In this document: positions 22,155 through 35,185 of the stretch, piece after piece
How the letters are laid out: each line of letters begins with the position of its first letter
Position numbering within the stretch: position 1 is the first letter of the stretch
Assembly: GCF_006345805.1 (NCBI RefSeq)
Contig: NC_043017.1
Location: forward strand, 32,860,001-32,924,000
Direction of reading: 5' to 3'
From: Octopus sinensis
Taxonomy: Eukaryota
DNA length: 64,000 bases
The notes under the pieces: model-generated
Told to the model about the DNA's origin: nothing
Database searches by the model: none
What the model saw: the letters and a program-made list of their open reading frames with translations, nothing else
Position numbers and translations under genes: made by a program

Positions 22155-22320
22155 AAGGAGTGGTTGTGTGGTAAGTAGCTTGCTTACCAACCACATAGTT
22201 CCAGGTTCAGTCCCACTGTGTAGCACCTTGGGCAAGTGTCTTCTACTATAACCTCGGACCGACCAAATCCTTCTGAGTTGATTTGGTAGGCGGAAACTGA
22301 AAGAAACCTATCGTATATAT
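22155..22320 (+). mobile_element. SINE A 5' half
   Basis: Head and body up to the (TA)n tract. Confidence 0.8.
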
Positions 22321-22705
22321 ATATATATATGCACACACACATAAACATATATATATCTATATACATACAAACGTACATACATACATATAAATATATATAT
22401 ACACACATACAAACACACACACACATGATATATATATATACACACACACCATACATATATGTAGATATATAGTGTGTGGGTGTGTATATATATATATGTA
22501 GTTTATACATACATATACATAATTACATTACAAATGACCATGAAATTGTATATACTCAGCAATTGACAATTGGTTTAAAACAAAGCAAAACAAAACTCCA
22601 AAGACAAGTATAAATATATATACATATAAAGTATACATATATGTATGTATGCACATACATACCACTACACTCACACACTCACACACACATATACACAGAT
22701 ATGCA

Positions 22706-23093
22706 TACTCTTTTACTCTTTTACTTGTTTCAGTCATTTGACTGCGGCCATGCTGGAGCACCGCCTTTTAGTTGAGCAAATTGACCCTGGGACTTATTCT
22801 TTGTAAGCCTAGTACTTATTCTATCGGTCTCTTTTGCCGAACCGCTAAGTGACGGGAACGTAAACACACCAGCATCGGTTGTCAAGCAATACTAGGGGAA
22901 CAAACACAAACACACACATACATATATATATATACATATATACGACAGGCTTCTTTCAGTTTCCGTCTACTAAATCCACTCACAAGGCATTGGTTGGCAG
23001 AAGACACTTGCCCAAGATGCCACGCAGTGGGACTGAACCCGCAACCACGTGGTTGGTTAGCAAGCTACTTACCACACAGCCACTCCTGCGCCT
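22706..23093 (-). mobile_element. SINE A
   Basis: Family sequence, small internal deletion. Confidence 0.9.
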
Positions 23094-23627
23094 ATATATA
23101 TATATATTTTAATGTTAATAATTGTTTTGACTCAAATTGCTGCATCATATTTATTAATTAACGTTTCGTAAAATCCTAAAGCTGATCAACTGCATTCACC
23201 TTGCTTTCTTCTAACTTTCCAATTAAAAGCAACACATTCGTTAATTTCTTTCCCTTACAATGTTGGGTTTTGTGTGTTGTGTTAAACTCTCTGATGTTTC
23301 AACTATCACTAATTATACAGTCGTTATTTTAACATGAAAACCAGAGCAAGCAAAATGATAATAGAATCACTGAAACCTCACAAAGTACAGTTCCATTTTA
23401 AAACCTGTCCATTTTCAGCTGGCTGCTAAATTAAGAGTAACCACAGCTGACCCTAATTTACAGCTGGTTCAGAAAGAGTTTAATTGGAACGTATGCATTA
23501 ATGCAACATTCAGAGAGTGCAAATAAAGGTTAATAAGACACTGAAAGCCTATCAGCGATTGAATCTTTACAATTGTAGACTAATAATTAACTTTCTTCCC
23601 AAGCAAGAAGCAAAGCTACCTCACGTG

Positions 23628-23658
<31 letters not shown>

Positions 23659-23766
23659 ATTCATACTTTGATTACTGACAGCTGTGTCTGCATTTCTTTG
23701 GTTGGTTGAAGAAACCAGGGCACATCTGTCAGTAATCAAAGTTTTTGATTTTAATGAATATATATA

Positions 23767-23928
23767 TACTACACTCTCGGAGTGGTTGGCGTTAGGAAGG
23801 ACATCCAGCTGTAGAAACTCTGCCAGATCAAGATTGGAGCCTGGTGCAGCCATCTTGTTCGCCAGCCCTCAGTCAAAATCGTCCAACCCATGCTAGCATG
23901 GGAAGCAGACATTAAACGATGATGATGA
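23767..23928 (+). mobile_element. Family B 3' fragment
   Basis: CTACACTCTCGGAGTGGTTGGCGTTAGGAAGG...(GAT)n. Confidence 0.85.
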
Positions 23929-24124
23929 TACTCTACAATGCTCTCAATGGATATTGAGGCCTTAAATCAGGCTTTTTTGCTTTGATTTTGTTCTCTTGAA
24001 CAAGAATTTTGTAATATTTTTCGATACATACATACACACACATGTCTATGTTTGTGTATGTATGTGTGTGCATATGTGGGTGTAGATGTCTGGGTGTTAG
24101 GCTCATGATTATAAAGTTGCAGGT

Positions 24125-24648
24125 ACCAGGGAACTGGCAGAAACGTCAGCACGCCGGCCAAAATGCTTAGTGGTATTTCATTTGTCTTTACGTTCTGAGT
24201 TCAAATTCCATCGAGGTTGAATTTGTTTTTAGGCGGTGAGCTGGCAGAATCGTCAGAATGCCGGGTGAAATGCGAAGCCATATTTCATCTGCCGTTACGT
24301 TCTGAGTTCAAATTCCGCCAAGGTCGACTTTGCCTTTCATTCTTTTGGGGTTGATAAATTAAGTACCAGTTACGCACTGGGGTCGATGTAATCAACTTAA
24401 TCCGTTTGTTTGTCCGTGATTGTCCTCTTTGTGTTTAGCCCCTTGTGGGTAGTAAAGAAATAGGTATTTCGTCTGCTGCTATGTTCTGAGTTGAAATTCT
24501 GCCGAGGTCGACTTTGCCTTTCATCCTTTAGGGGTCGCTAAATTAAGTACCAGCTACGCACTGGAGTGGATGTAATCGACTTCATCCGTGTGTCTGTCCT
24601 TGTTTGTCCCCTCTGTGTTTAGCCTCTTGAGGGTAGTAAAGAAATAGA
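24125..24648 (+). mobile_element. SINE C cluster (partial head plus dimer)
   Basis: Junction AAAGAAATA|GGTATTTCGTC at about 24465. Confidence 0.85.
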
Positions 24649-25544
24649 TTATAAGGTTGCAGGTTCAGTTCTTTGGCAGGATGGTGCATTGTGTCTTTCA
24701 GCAAGGTACTTTCTTTTACTTTGTTCCAGTTTACTTAGCTTAAAAGGAGTGCCAGTTTAGTGCTGGCTTACCCACCCCACCCCACCCCATCTCCAGTCGT
24801 CAACTTTTAGATGGTGTGCTGAGGTCATGAGTTAAACTGTTAAAAATTGTCTATATCAGCCTCATCACTACAGAGGCACCTAAAACACTTAGTAAAAACA
24901 ACTGGTATGTCTATTTATTTGCTGGCAAGGCCACATTATTTCGTTTTACAGCCATAATATACTGCAAAGTATATTAAGTGTTCATATATAGTTGATGCAT
25001 CAGATTAGATACTGATGAAATGACAATAACTTTTGAAATATCAATATACACCCATCTCTTATTATTCTTCTGTCTTTCATTGCATTGTTTATAGAGATAT
25101 ATTTTTTTAAGAAACATTGTAAACTGAAGTACTAGCTCTGAATTATATAAAAAAATCTATAGAGCTTAACTTAAAAGTTAGTAAAAGCAGCACCTAATCA
25201 AGTATGACTAAGTACCAAGTATCATGCTCCTGGCAATTGCGTCATTCTAAAAGTAATTAATCAAATCATCAAAATCTCAAAGCTACAAAATAATACATGA
25301 TTAATTCAAGACATTACGAAGAAATATAAACATTACATTTTACAGTAATCCAAATGCTAATGAGTTAAAAGCAGGACCTCAGTATATGAAAGGAAACCTA
25401 AGGTTGAACCTGGGTTTCCACCCCGTAAACAAATTTCATTCTCACACTTATCATTTCACAGTGAGGTTTTTCAATGTGACTTTAACTACATTAAGTTTAT
25501 TTTAAATTTCTATTATAAGTTCTGCACATATCATATTCTTTCTT

Positions 25545-25955
25545 TTCCTTCTTTTATTCTTTTACTTGTTTCAGTCATTTGACTGTGGCCATGCTGGAGC
25601 ACCGCCTTTACCCAAGCAAATCGACCCCAGGACTTATTCTTTGTAAGCCTAGCACTTATTCTATCTGTCACTCTTTCCGAACCACTAAGTGACGGAGACG
25701 TAAACACACCAGCATCGGTTGTCAAGCGATGTTGGGGAGACAAACACAGACACACAAACATATACACACTTATATATATATATATATATATACGACAGGC
25801 TTCTTTCAGTTTCCGTCTACCAAATCCACTCACAAGGCTTTGGTCGGCCCGAGGCTATAGCAAAAGACACTTGCCCAAGATGCCACGCAGTGGGACTGAA
25901 CCCGGAACCATGTGGTTGGTAAGCAAGCTACTTACCACACAGCCACTCCTGTGCC
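25545..25955 (-). mobile_element. SINE A
   Basis: Full family sequence. Confidence 0.9.
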
Positions 25956-26537
25956 TTGTGCATAAAATGTTTATTAAATAATAAACAACAGTTATTCGTT
26001 ATCATTACATTGCCTGCCTACAGACTTCCACTACGTTGCTTTCAGTTCAGATTCTTTTCTTTTCCTATACTTTTACCTTTCAAACTACTGGACCCTGTAG
26101 CTTGACCCTTATTTTATCTTCTTATCAAATAAGGAAATCAGGGGGAAATTAGGTGAAAAGGAATGCAACTTGTGTTCAACCAAATACTTGCTATTTTTTG
26201 TCCAGTGTCAGATTCTTCAGAAGCTCATTTAAATGTGTGTGTGGGTGTGTGTTGAGTATGTAAACATGTGTGCACACAAGCATATCTGTGTCTGCACACA
26301 CACACACATATATATATAATATATATATATATATATAAGTTCAGCAAAATTTAGATTCAGATGAATATGGTACTTAAGTTAAAGGCACCAGAATTTAGTA
26401 TGGTATTATCCATATAATACAGTGTTTGTTAAAATGAAGTAGCATGAAACAATTGTACAACACTACCTTGGATATCTTTGTTGCTTATTTTGAGTATACA
26501 TATATATATATATATATTATACACACACACACACACA

Positions 26538-26856
26538 TTGGTGGCACGTAAAAAGCACCATCCGATCGTGGCCTTTTGCCAGCCTCGTCTGGCCTCCATG
26601 CTGGTGGCACATAAAAAGCACCATCCGATCGTGGCCGTTTGCCAGCCTCCCCTGGCACCTTTGCTGGTGGCACGTAAAAAGCACCGACTACACTCATGGA
26701 GTGGTTGGCATTAGGAAGAGCATCCAGCCGTAGAAACATTGCCAGATCAGACTGGGCCTGGTGCAGCCTTCTGGTTTTCCAGACCCCAGTTGAACCATCC
26801 AACCCATGCCAGCATGGAAAGCGGACGCTAAACGATGAAGATGATGATGATGATAT
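26538..26856 (+). mobile_element. Family B copy (two modules)
   Basis: GTGGCAC modules, core, tail. Confidence 0.85.
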
Positions 26857-27902
26857 ATATACATATACACACATATAGATGGAGCAATTAATTGATTGAC
26901 CCAGTCAGCTTCCTCACAATTTCTATTATCAAACAAATTTCACAAGCCATGTAATAATGAAGTGCAACTCTTAGCTACACAGCTGTATAAGTCAGAAACA
27001 TACAAAGGAAAAAAGCACTTTGCAACATATTCAAAGCTAATTTATATATGAAATTTGGCCTCTGGAATAATCCAATTTACAGCCTTGACTAATATATTCA
27101 TCTGAGTCAATAAAATACTTATGTATACTAATACAGATTTGTGATACCTATCGTGAAGCTCAGTATTGTATGGAAACTTTAAAAGTAGAGTTAACTCTTC
27201 ACAAGAACATTTCTTTTGGAAATATTCAACCTGTGTACTTAAATAATTTTCAAAATAATCAGCAGCTTGAATGGTTTAGTAAAATGATTCACTTTGTTAT
27301 TATTTAGATGATATTTAGAACATAACTAACAGGTTTCTTGCAAAACATTAAATTACATATTTTGTCAAGTTGAAGAAAAAACAATTGCAATTTTTAGCCA
27401 TCAACTTTAAAGTGATATATCACAGCTCAGCATTAATTATATTTGTTGAAATGGTAACTGTTAGAATCTGCATATTCTTGACAACAAGAAATACATTATG
27501 TTGTCTGCCAAAATTTGGTACTCCATTCGCAAAGACAAATACATATTCAGAGATATTAGGGAGCCTCAGTTATAGAGAATACTCAATAATACCCCAAAAT
27601 ATTTTATTCTTTATTTCCTATTGTATTAAAATACATTAGTAGCATAGAAAGTAGAGTTTCAAGTGACAATAAAATTCATAACAAAATCGATAAATATCGT
27701 TGCACCTTTGTATCAGCAAATAATTAACCTGTTAAGGTGTCTTATATAATTTATTATATATTTATACAAATTTGGATATTTTTCTTTTCTTCCTTATTTT
27801 TTTTTTAAATAAGAAGAAAAAATTGCTTGTGAGAATCCTATGAATTCTTCAAAGAGTTTTTGAGCAGCAGTTTATTTGTTAAAAACCATTTACAGGAAGG
27901 TT

Positions 27903-27937
<35 letters not shown>

Positions 27938-27999
27938 CAAATGAATGGAGCAGAGGTTCATTCATTCAGTTACCACAGAATCAGCCTCACCTGGCCCCT

Positions 28000-28181
28000 G
28001 CGCCGGTGGCACGTAAAAGCACCCACTACACTCATGGAGTGGTTGGCGTCAGGAAGGGCATCCAGCTGTACAAACACTGCCAGATCAGACTGGAGCCTGG
28101 TGCAGCCTTCTGGCTTCCCAGACCCCGGTTGAACTGTCCAACCCATGCTAGCATGGAAAATGGACATTAAACGATGATGAT
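28000..28181 (+). mobile_element. Family B 3' fragment
   Basis: Core and tail. Confidence 0.85.
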
Positions 28182-28299
28182 GTGGTTGGGTGTTGTCAGA
28201 AAAAAAAAAGGGATTCCATTTCAATGAATCGTTGCTGGACACAGACATTACAGCCCTTGGTTCATTTTGTTGATTTTTCATGTTGTACTTTACAGCTGT

Positions 28300-28830
28300 A
28301 ATGAGTTCAGCAGGATTCTACTTACTGGTCAACAAACAGTGATCATAAAGTGATGCCGTTTCGGTTTGGCATAGTGTTTTGATGCTTCACTCCTGTCAAA
28401 TCACAGCATGGAATGTTGTCAGTCACCGTAAAGAATCCATTTGTCTTTGCTGCATGTCATAACAGAATCAAGAAATGGATTGCTTAGCTAAGCAAAAGGA
28501 ATACAGAGGTGATTTCATAATTTTGATGTTATTATTATTATTATCATCATCATCATCATCATTTTGTTTCAGACCTTTTTGACTTTGTCTTGTGGCACAA
28601 GTGTCAAACAATCGTTGAATGGTCAACATTTAGTTCTTCTGCAACCTCCAAGTTGGCTGCTTTAGCAATGACCTTCACAAGATCCATCTTTATCAATTTC
28701 AGAATGTCATCTTTTACAATTCCTTACCTTGAAAGTTCTCATCTCCACAGAGAAATCTTGGGAAATAATGGTGAGCGTTACTTTTGTTAATAGACCAAAG
28801 CTTATCATAAAAGCGTCAATTCTTGGTAAA
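28300..28830 (-). pseudogene. Hsmar1/cecropia-like mariner transposase relic
   Basis: RFLCGDENF / EVAEELNVDHSTIV*HL / NPFLDSVMTCSKDKWILY..FDRSEASKHYAKPK..MITVC*. Confidence 0.82.
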
Positions 28831-29170
28831 TATTAATTTCAAGTTTTGGCACAAGGCCAGCAATTTTGGGGGAGGGTTAAATCATAATATCATCCTCAGT
28901 ACTCTACTGGTACTAGTTTTACTGACTCTGAAAGGACGAAAGGCAAAGCTGACTTCAGTGGCATTTGAATTTGGAACATAAAGACAGACAAAATACTGCT
29001 AAGTATTTTGCCTGGTGTGGTAACAATTCTGCTGGCTGGCCACATTCTTGTCCAATATTGCTAGGAGTTTCCACAGCTTCATGTTCGATTCTGAATGTTT
29101 AAGCTAGAATTCATTCAAAGTTGCATTTTTTTCTGTTTTTAACAGACTCAAATAAACAAGAATAAACAAT

Positions 29171-29590
29171 AGGCGCAGGAGTGGCTGTGTGGTAAGTAGC
29201 TTGCTAACCAACCACATGGTTCCGGGTTCAGTCCAACTGGGTGGCACTTTGGGCAAGTGTCTTCTACTATAGCCTCGGGCCGACCAAAGCCTTGTGAGTG
29301 GATTTGGTAGACGAAAACTGAAAGAAGCCCGTCGTATATATGTATTTATATATATATGTGTGTGTATATGTTTGTGTGTCTGTGTTTGTCCCCCTAGCAT
29401 TGCTTGACAACCGATGCTGGTGTGTTTACGTCCCCGTCACTTAGCAGTTCGGCAAAAGAGACCGATAGAATAAGTACTGGGCTTACAAAGAATAAGTCCC
29501 GGGGTCGATTTGCTCGACTAAAGGCGGTGCTCCAGCATGGCTGCAGTCAAATTACTGAAACAAGTAAAAGAGAAAAGAGAAAGAGAGAGA
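29171..29590 (+). mobile_element. SINE A
   Basis: AGGCGCAGGAGTGGCTGTGTGG head to GAAAAGAG tail. Confidence 0.92.
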
Positions 29591-29847
29591 CTGAAATCTA
29601 AACATTGAAACAACGTACTACATGAACATAGTTAAACACCCCAATGACAGTCCATTCAATACCTGGACATGGTTATTTGAAAGTAGAACGTGAACAAAAC
29701 TTTCTTTTTCAGTAAAATCATTAAATATTTGTTCTCTGTTCTAATTTACATTTTTAATCACCAATCCTGCTTCCCCACCTATGGAAGTTTACTCACAACT
29801 GAAAAGAACATCTATCCAGTGATCCTTTTTATATTCCATCTGGTTAA

Positions 29848-30067
29848 CCCTTTAGCAATCAGATTAATCTTTGAAATGCATGGCTTATTTATTTATTCTG
29901 TATGGAATGAATTTTACATTAACTCATAGCTTCAAAACATTGATTGTGTGATTGTTCATATTTAGAATGACATTGTAGGATAAGTATGAAAGACCGGATA
30001 TGGTCGGTTTGAACCTGAAACAGGGAGAAAATTTGGGCTGGATATGACCTGTTTAAATGTTAAAGGC
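29848..30067. mobile_element. piggyBac-type MITE (220 bp)
   Basis: TTAA|CCCTTTAGCA ... TGTTAAAGGC|TTAA; TTAA at 29844 and 30068. Confidence 0.8.
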
Positions 30068-30100
30068 TTAATGCAACATAATCGCATTAACCAGATGTAA

Positions 30101-30506
30101 TTGTGGCTGTGTGGTAAGTAGCTTGCTTACGAACCACATGGTTCCGGGTTCAGTCCCACGACGTGGCACCTTGGGCAAGTGTCTTCTACTATAGCCTCGG
30201 GCTGCCCAAAGCCTTGTGAGTGGATTTGGTAGACGGAAACTGAAAGAAGCCCGTCGTATATATGTATATATATATATATATATATATGCGTGTGTGTGTT
30301 TGTGTCTGTGTTTGTCCTCCTAGCATTGCTTGACAACCGATGCTGGTGTGTTTACATCCCCGTGACTTAGCGGTTCGGCCAAAGAGACCGATAGAATAAG
30401 TACTGGGCTTACAAAGAATAAGTCCCAGGGTCGATTTGCTCGTCTAAATGCAGTGCTCCAGCATGGCCGCAGTCAAATGACTGAAACAAGTAAAAGAGTA
30501 AAGAGT
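30101..30506 (+). mobile_element. SINE A
   Basis: Family sequence. Confidence 0.9.
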
Positions 30507-30644
30507 ATACTAACAAGAGGTAAAAAATAAATGGAATAAGTTGGACCATTCAAGAATATAATTGAACATCTTGAAGTAAATATCTCTTCCTAAAACCATT
30601 CAATGGAACCTTATTTAGAAGACAACTAAATTTGTATAAATGCA

Positions 30645-30875
30645 TTCATCATCATCATCGTCATTGTTTAACGTCCGCTTTCCATGCTAGCATGGGTTGG
30701 ACGATTTTGACTGAGGACTGGCAAACCAGAAGGCTGCACCAGGCTCCAATCTTGATTTGGCAGAGTTTCTACAGCTGGATGCCCTTCCTAATGCCAACGA
30801 CTCCGATAGTGTAGTGGGTGCGTTTTACGTGCCACCGGCACGGGGGCCACTCAGGCAGTACTGGCAATGATCTTG
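30645..30875 (-). mobile_element. Family B 3' fragment
   Basis: Tail, core, one module. Confidence 0.85.
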
Positions 30876-30978
30876 CATAAGAAACATTAGCAAATTAATT
30901 AGAAGTTGTTACATAGGTGTAATGATAACGATAATTTTTGCTATTATAAATTTGATGTTTAATTTGAAATAAAATATA

Positions 30979-31382
30979 CTCTCTTTACTCTTTTACTGGT
31001 TTCAGTCATTTGACTGCGGCCTGCTGGAGCACGCCTTTAATCGAGCAACTCGACCCCGAGACTTATTCTTTTGTAAGCCCAGTACTTATTCTATCGGTCT
31101 CTTTTGCCAAACCGCTAAGTAACGGGGACAATAACACCAGCATTGGTTGTCAAGCAATGCTAGGGGAACAAACACCAGACACAAAAACACATACACGCAT
31201 ATATATATGTATACATATATACACGGGTCTTTCAGTTTCCGTCTACCAAATCCACTCACAAGGCTTTGGTCGGCCCGAGGCTATAGTAGAAGACACTTGC
31301 CCAAGGTGCCACGCAGTGGGACTGAACCCGGAACCATGTGGTTGGTAAACAAGCTACTTACCACACAGCCACTCCTGCGCCT
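30979..31382 (-). mobile_element. SINE A
   Basis: Family sequence. Confidence 0.9.
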
Positions 31383-31544
31383 ATCTTTTTAACCATGAAA
31401 GTATTTCCAGCCATGGGGAAATATTAGCATGGTTGGAAACATGTAGGCGCTGGCATCCAACTATAAACTGTCTACCTCAACAAACTCCATCCAAACCATA
31501 CAAACACAAAAAAAGAGAGAATATTAAAACAAAGACACAAAAGT

Positions 31545-31950
31545 GCACACACACACACACACACACACATACACAAACACACACATACACACACATACAC
31601 ATACATACACACACACATACACATGCACACACACACACACACATACACACATACACATACACACACACATACACACACAAACATACACACACACATACAC
31701 ACACACACACAATATACACACACATACACACACATACACACACACATACACACACAAACACACACATACACACACACACATACACACACAAACACATACA
31801 CACACATACACACACATACACACACAAACACACACATACACACACATACACACACACATACACACACATACACACACACCTACACACACATGCACACACA
31901 CATACACACACATACACACATACACATACACACACACATACACACACATA

Positions 31951-31985
<35 letters not shown>
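31545..31985. repeat. (CA)n/(CATA) degenerate microsatellite
   Basis: Read directly. Confidence 0.96.
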
Positions 31986-31987
<2 letters not shown>

Positions 31988-32039
31988 CTGGGATTCACAG
32001 CAAAGAAAGGAAAGTGTGCATGAACAAGAAAAGCACGAG

Positions 32040-32275
32040 TAAACCGAACATACAAGGAATCAAATTAAATATGCAAAAGAAAAGACCGCATTGGTATATG
32101 CAAATGATGTTTATGTGGGAGGAGAGTGGAATAAAGTGCTGAACATTCAGAGAGTAAACGGAGCCGTTGGGCTGAAATCATGAAAACAAATCTGAAATTG
32201 TTGCATCTCACGGAAGAGAGGACAAATGACCGTGTTGATTGGTGATATGCTGTATGGGAAAAGATCCATCTGTCC
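32040..32275 (+). pseudogene. RTE-clade LINE ORF2 C-terminal relic
   Basis: QKKRPHWYMQMM..SGIKC* / RWAEIMKTNLKLLHLTEERTNDRVDW*YAVWEKI, resembling RLRWYGHV..TW.EV..DL..L.LT.E.T.DR..WR.AV. Confidence 0.7.
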
Positions 32276-32334
32276 ATCCAGGAATAATAATACAGAAGAT
32301 CAATATATATATATATAATATATATATATTATAT

Positions 32335-32742
32335 GCGCAGGAGTGGCTGTGTGGTAAGTAGCTTGCTAACCAACCACATGGTTCCGGGTTCAGGCCCACT
32401 GCGTGGCATCTTGGGCAAGTGTCTTCTGCTATAGCCCCGGGCCGACAAAAGCCTTGTGAGTGGATTTGGTAGACGGAAACTGAAAGAAGCCTGTCGTATA
32501 TATGTATATATATAGGTGTGTGTGTATATGTTTGTGTGTCCTGTGTTTGTCCCCCTAGCATGCTTGACAACCGATGCTGGTGTGTTTATGTCCCCGTCAC
32601 TTAGCGGTTCGGCAAAAGAGACCGATAGAATAAGTACTGGGCTTACAAAGAATAAGTCCTGGGGTCGAGTTGCTCGACTAAAGGCGGTGCTCCAGCATGG
32701 CCGCAGTCAAATGACTGAAACAAATAAAGAGAGTAAAGAGAG
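32335..32742 (+). mobile_element. SINE A in (TA)n
   Basis: Family sequence. Confidence 0.9.
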
Positions 32743-33143
32743 AATATATAATATAAATTGGACATGGGTGAGAGTTGTAATTTTTCTTGTCTTGAGGCTC
32801 ACAGCCAAACGGCTGGGTGGATTCGCGTGAAAAGTGGCACACATGTGGAGACGGATGTATAGATTAGAATGCAGCTTCTATTTTCTTCCTAGCCCCCATA
32901 GTTACCGAGAACTTTTCTAATGGAAATCCCCCACCAATATACATAACCCCTCTCTCCTTTTATCTGTCAGTCACTCACACATTCACTCACTACAAAAAGG
33001 GAATAACAAAATTTCAGTTCATTCTCTCTTGGCCATATATAGATACATACATCTATGTATACATTCATACATACATAACAACCTGCGTGCATGTGTGTGT
33101 CTGTGTGTATGTGTGTGTCACTGAAGTCATTCATACATACATA

Positions 33144-33183
<40 letters not shown>

Positions 33184-33469
33184 TTTTCAAGATCTCCGTT
33201 TTAATATAATATATGATTAATTCAAAACAATGTGAGTAAATAAACATTATACTTGACAGAGTAATCTGAATGTTAAAGGGTTGAATTTCAGTCCCAATGT
33301 ATGGCCCCATGGGCACCAAGTGGATTTGCTAGAGAGAAACTGTTATACATGTGTGTGTGTGTGTGTGTGTGCACGTGTGTTCATCCTTGTCTTGACATAA
33401 AAAAGACCCATGCAAGTGGAGATTAAAACAACAATAGTAAATACACATGCACACATATAAATACACACA

Positions 33470-33535
33470 CATACATACATACATACATACATACATACAT
33501 ACATACATACATACATACATACATACATACATACA

Positions 33536-33565
<30 letters not shown>
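33470..33565. repeat. (CATA)n microsatellite
   Basis: Read directly. Confidence 0.96.
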
Positions 33566-33566
<1 letters not shown>

Positions 33567-33567
33567 T

Positions 33568-34716
33568 TTAGGTTGTTCTGGCTGATTTCAGAAACATGAT
33601 TTTATCCTGGAAAAATTAGCGATAGAAAAGTTTTGATTAGTCAAAGTATGAGCCGTGAACATCTCTGTATCTCTGCCATCTATCAATGAGATTATTTATG
33701 CCTCATTGATAAAAGCTTATTGGCTTTGATGCTAAGAAATCTTTGAAAGTTGATTCCACCTCTGGTCTGGACCTGAAAGTTTTGTCACTTTAAAACGTGT
33801 TTAAATGCTTAAAAAATGGTAGTCAGTGGGTGGAAGGTCAGGAGAATATGTATCTCAAGTCTGTGAGTTTCTGAAGTGTCATTCTTGCAACATGTAGCTT
33901 TACATTATCGTGGAGTAGAATTGGGCCACACCGATTCACCAATGCAGGTTTCATTTTTTGCATTTCAGTGAGTTGATTGCAGTAAACCTCTGCAGTAATG
34001 CTCTGATTGGCTTTCAGAAAGCTGTAATGGACAATGCCAATTGCAGATCACCAGACAGCCACCATAATCTTTTGCTGACGCAACTGTGGCTTTGGGAAAT
34101 GTTTGGGGGACTCATCACGATCAAGCCAGCCATTGACCCAATCATTTATGGTTATCATAAATGATTGGGTCACTTCTCTTCACAAGTGGCTATTCAGTTA
34201 AGAAAAGGATCATGAGTGTTTCACAGAAAGAGCATCAAATCAAACTCACCTTAAAACTTTTTGATTTTCATTGAGCTCACCTTACCAATCTTCTGCAAAT
34301 TGTGTGAGACCATTGCAATACCAACACCAGGTGCCTGAGATATTTCTCTGACACTTTGATGTGGGTTTTGCTTAACAATTGCATCTAATTGTTCATTATC
34401 AAGACTACATAACCGTCCTCTCCCTTCTTCATCTCCAAGCTCTCATCACCATTACAGAATTTCTGAAACCACCTTCATACTATGTGATCACTTATGGACC
34501 CTTCTCCTCATGCTCTGTTGATATTGGAAGCAGTTTGGGAGGTATTGTGCCCCAGCTTGAACTCATGTAAGAAAAGTAAGCGAAGGTCCTTTTTTTTGTC
34601 ATGTTCATAATTAAGGGTACCTATGCTTCACAAATGTTTTCTGTCTGAAATAAATAAAAAATTATTAAAGAGCATACATAAATTATTAAGTATGTCGAAA
34701 ATCACCAAAAATCTAA
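33568..34716 (-). pseudogene. Near-full-length Hsmar1/cecropia-like mariner with decayed TIRs
   Basis: LLFLHEFKLGHN..RWFQKFCNGDES..DNEQLDAIVKQNP..DPFLN*IATCEEK..WLDRDESPKHFPKP..HYSFL..GPILLHDN..YSPDLPPTDYHF; TIR remnants TTAGGTTG (33568) and AATCTAA (34716). Confidence 0.9.
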
Positions 34717-34734
34717 TTAAAATACTATGATAAA

Positions 34735-34834
34735 NNNNNNNNNNNNNNNNNNNNNNNNNNNNNNNNNNNNNNNNNNNNNNNNNNNNNNNNNNNNNNNNNN
34801 NNNNNNNNNNNNNNNNNNNNNNNNNNNNNNNNNN
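34735..34834. other. Assembly gap (100 N)
   Basis: Run of N. Confidence 1.
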
Positions 34835-35185
34835 GAATTTGGTTGTTCTTTGTATGTTGCATAATATATCTTAAAAGTTATAACATCCCATGTTTTGAAA
34901 CACATCAAATACACATTTTTATAGAAAAAATTTTGTACTTCCAATTCTTCAATCAAGGTTAAAATTCTGAGAAAAGAGAAGAGAAATTTTGATCTAAACA
35001 TTATAGCTTTTCCATATTCTATTCTGTAAAAATAGGAATTACAAGTGTTTCAAAATACAGAACAGTTAATGATGGAAAGGGACAAGAAAGAAAGAAAGAA
35101 AATAGAGATGGCAAAGGTCTGGCAAGAAAATATGGATTGAAATGTTTCATTTTAAAGAAACTCTGCTTGTGAGTATTTTGAAATA

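Noticed and set aside
25012-25045. CTGATGA...GAAATATC hammerhead candidate
   Set aside because: No convincing stem I or stem II.
27370-27639. 89-aa ORF and other isolated 60-100-aa ORFs in AT-rich DNA
   Set aside because: No motifs or splice support; within chance expectation.
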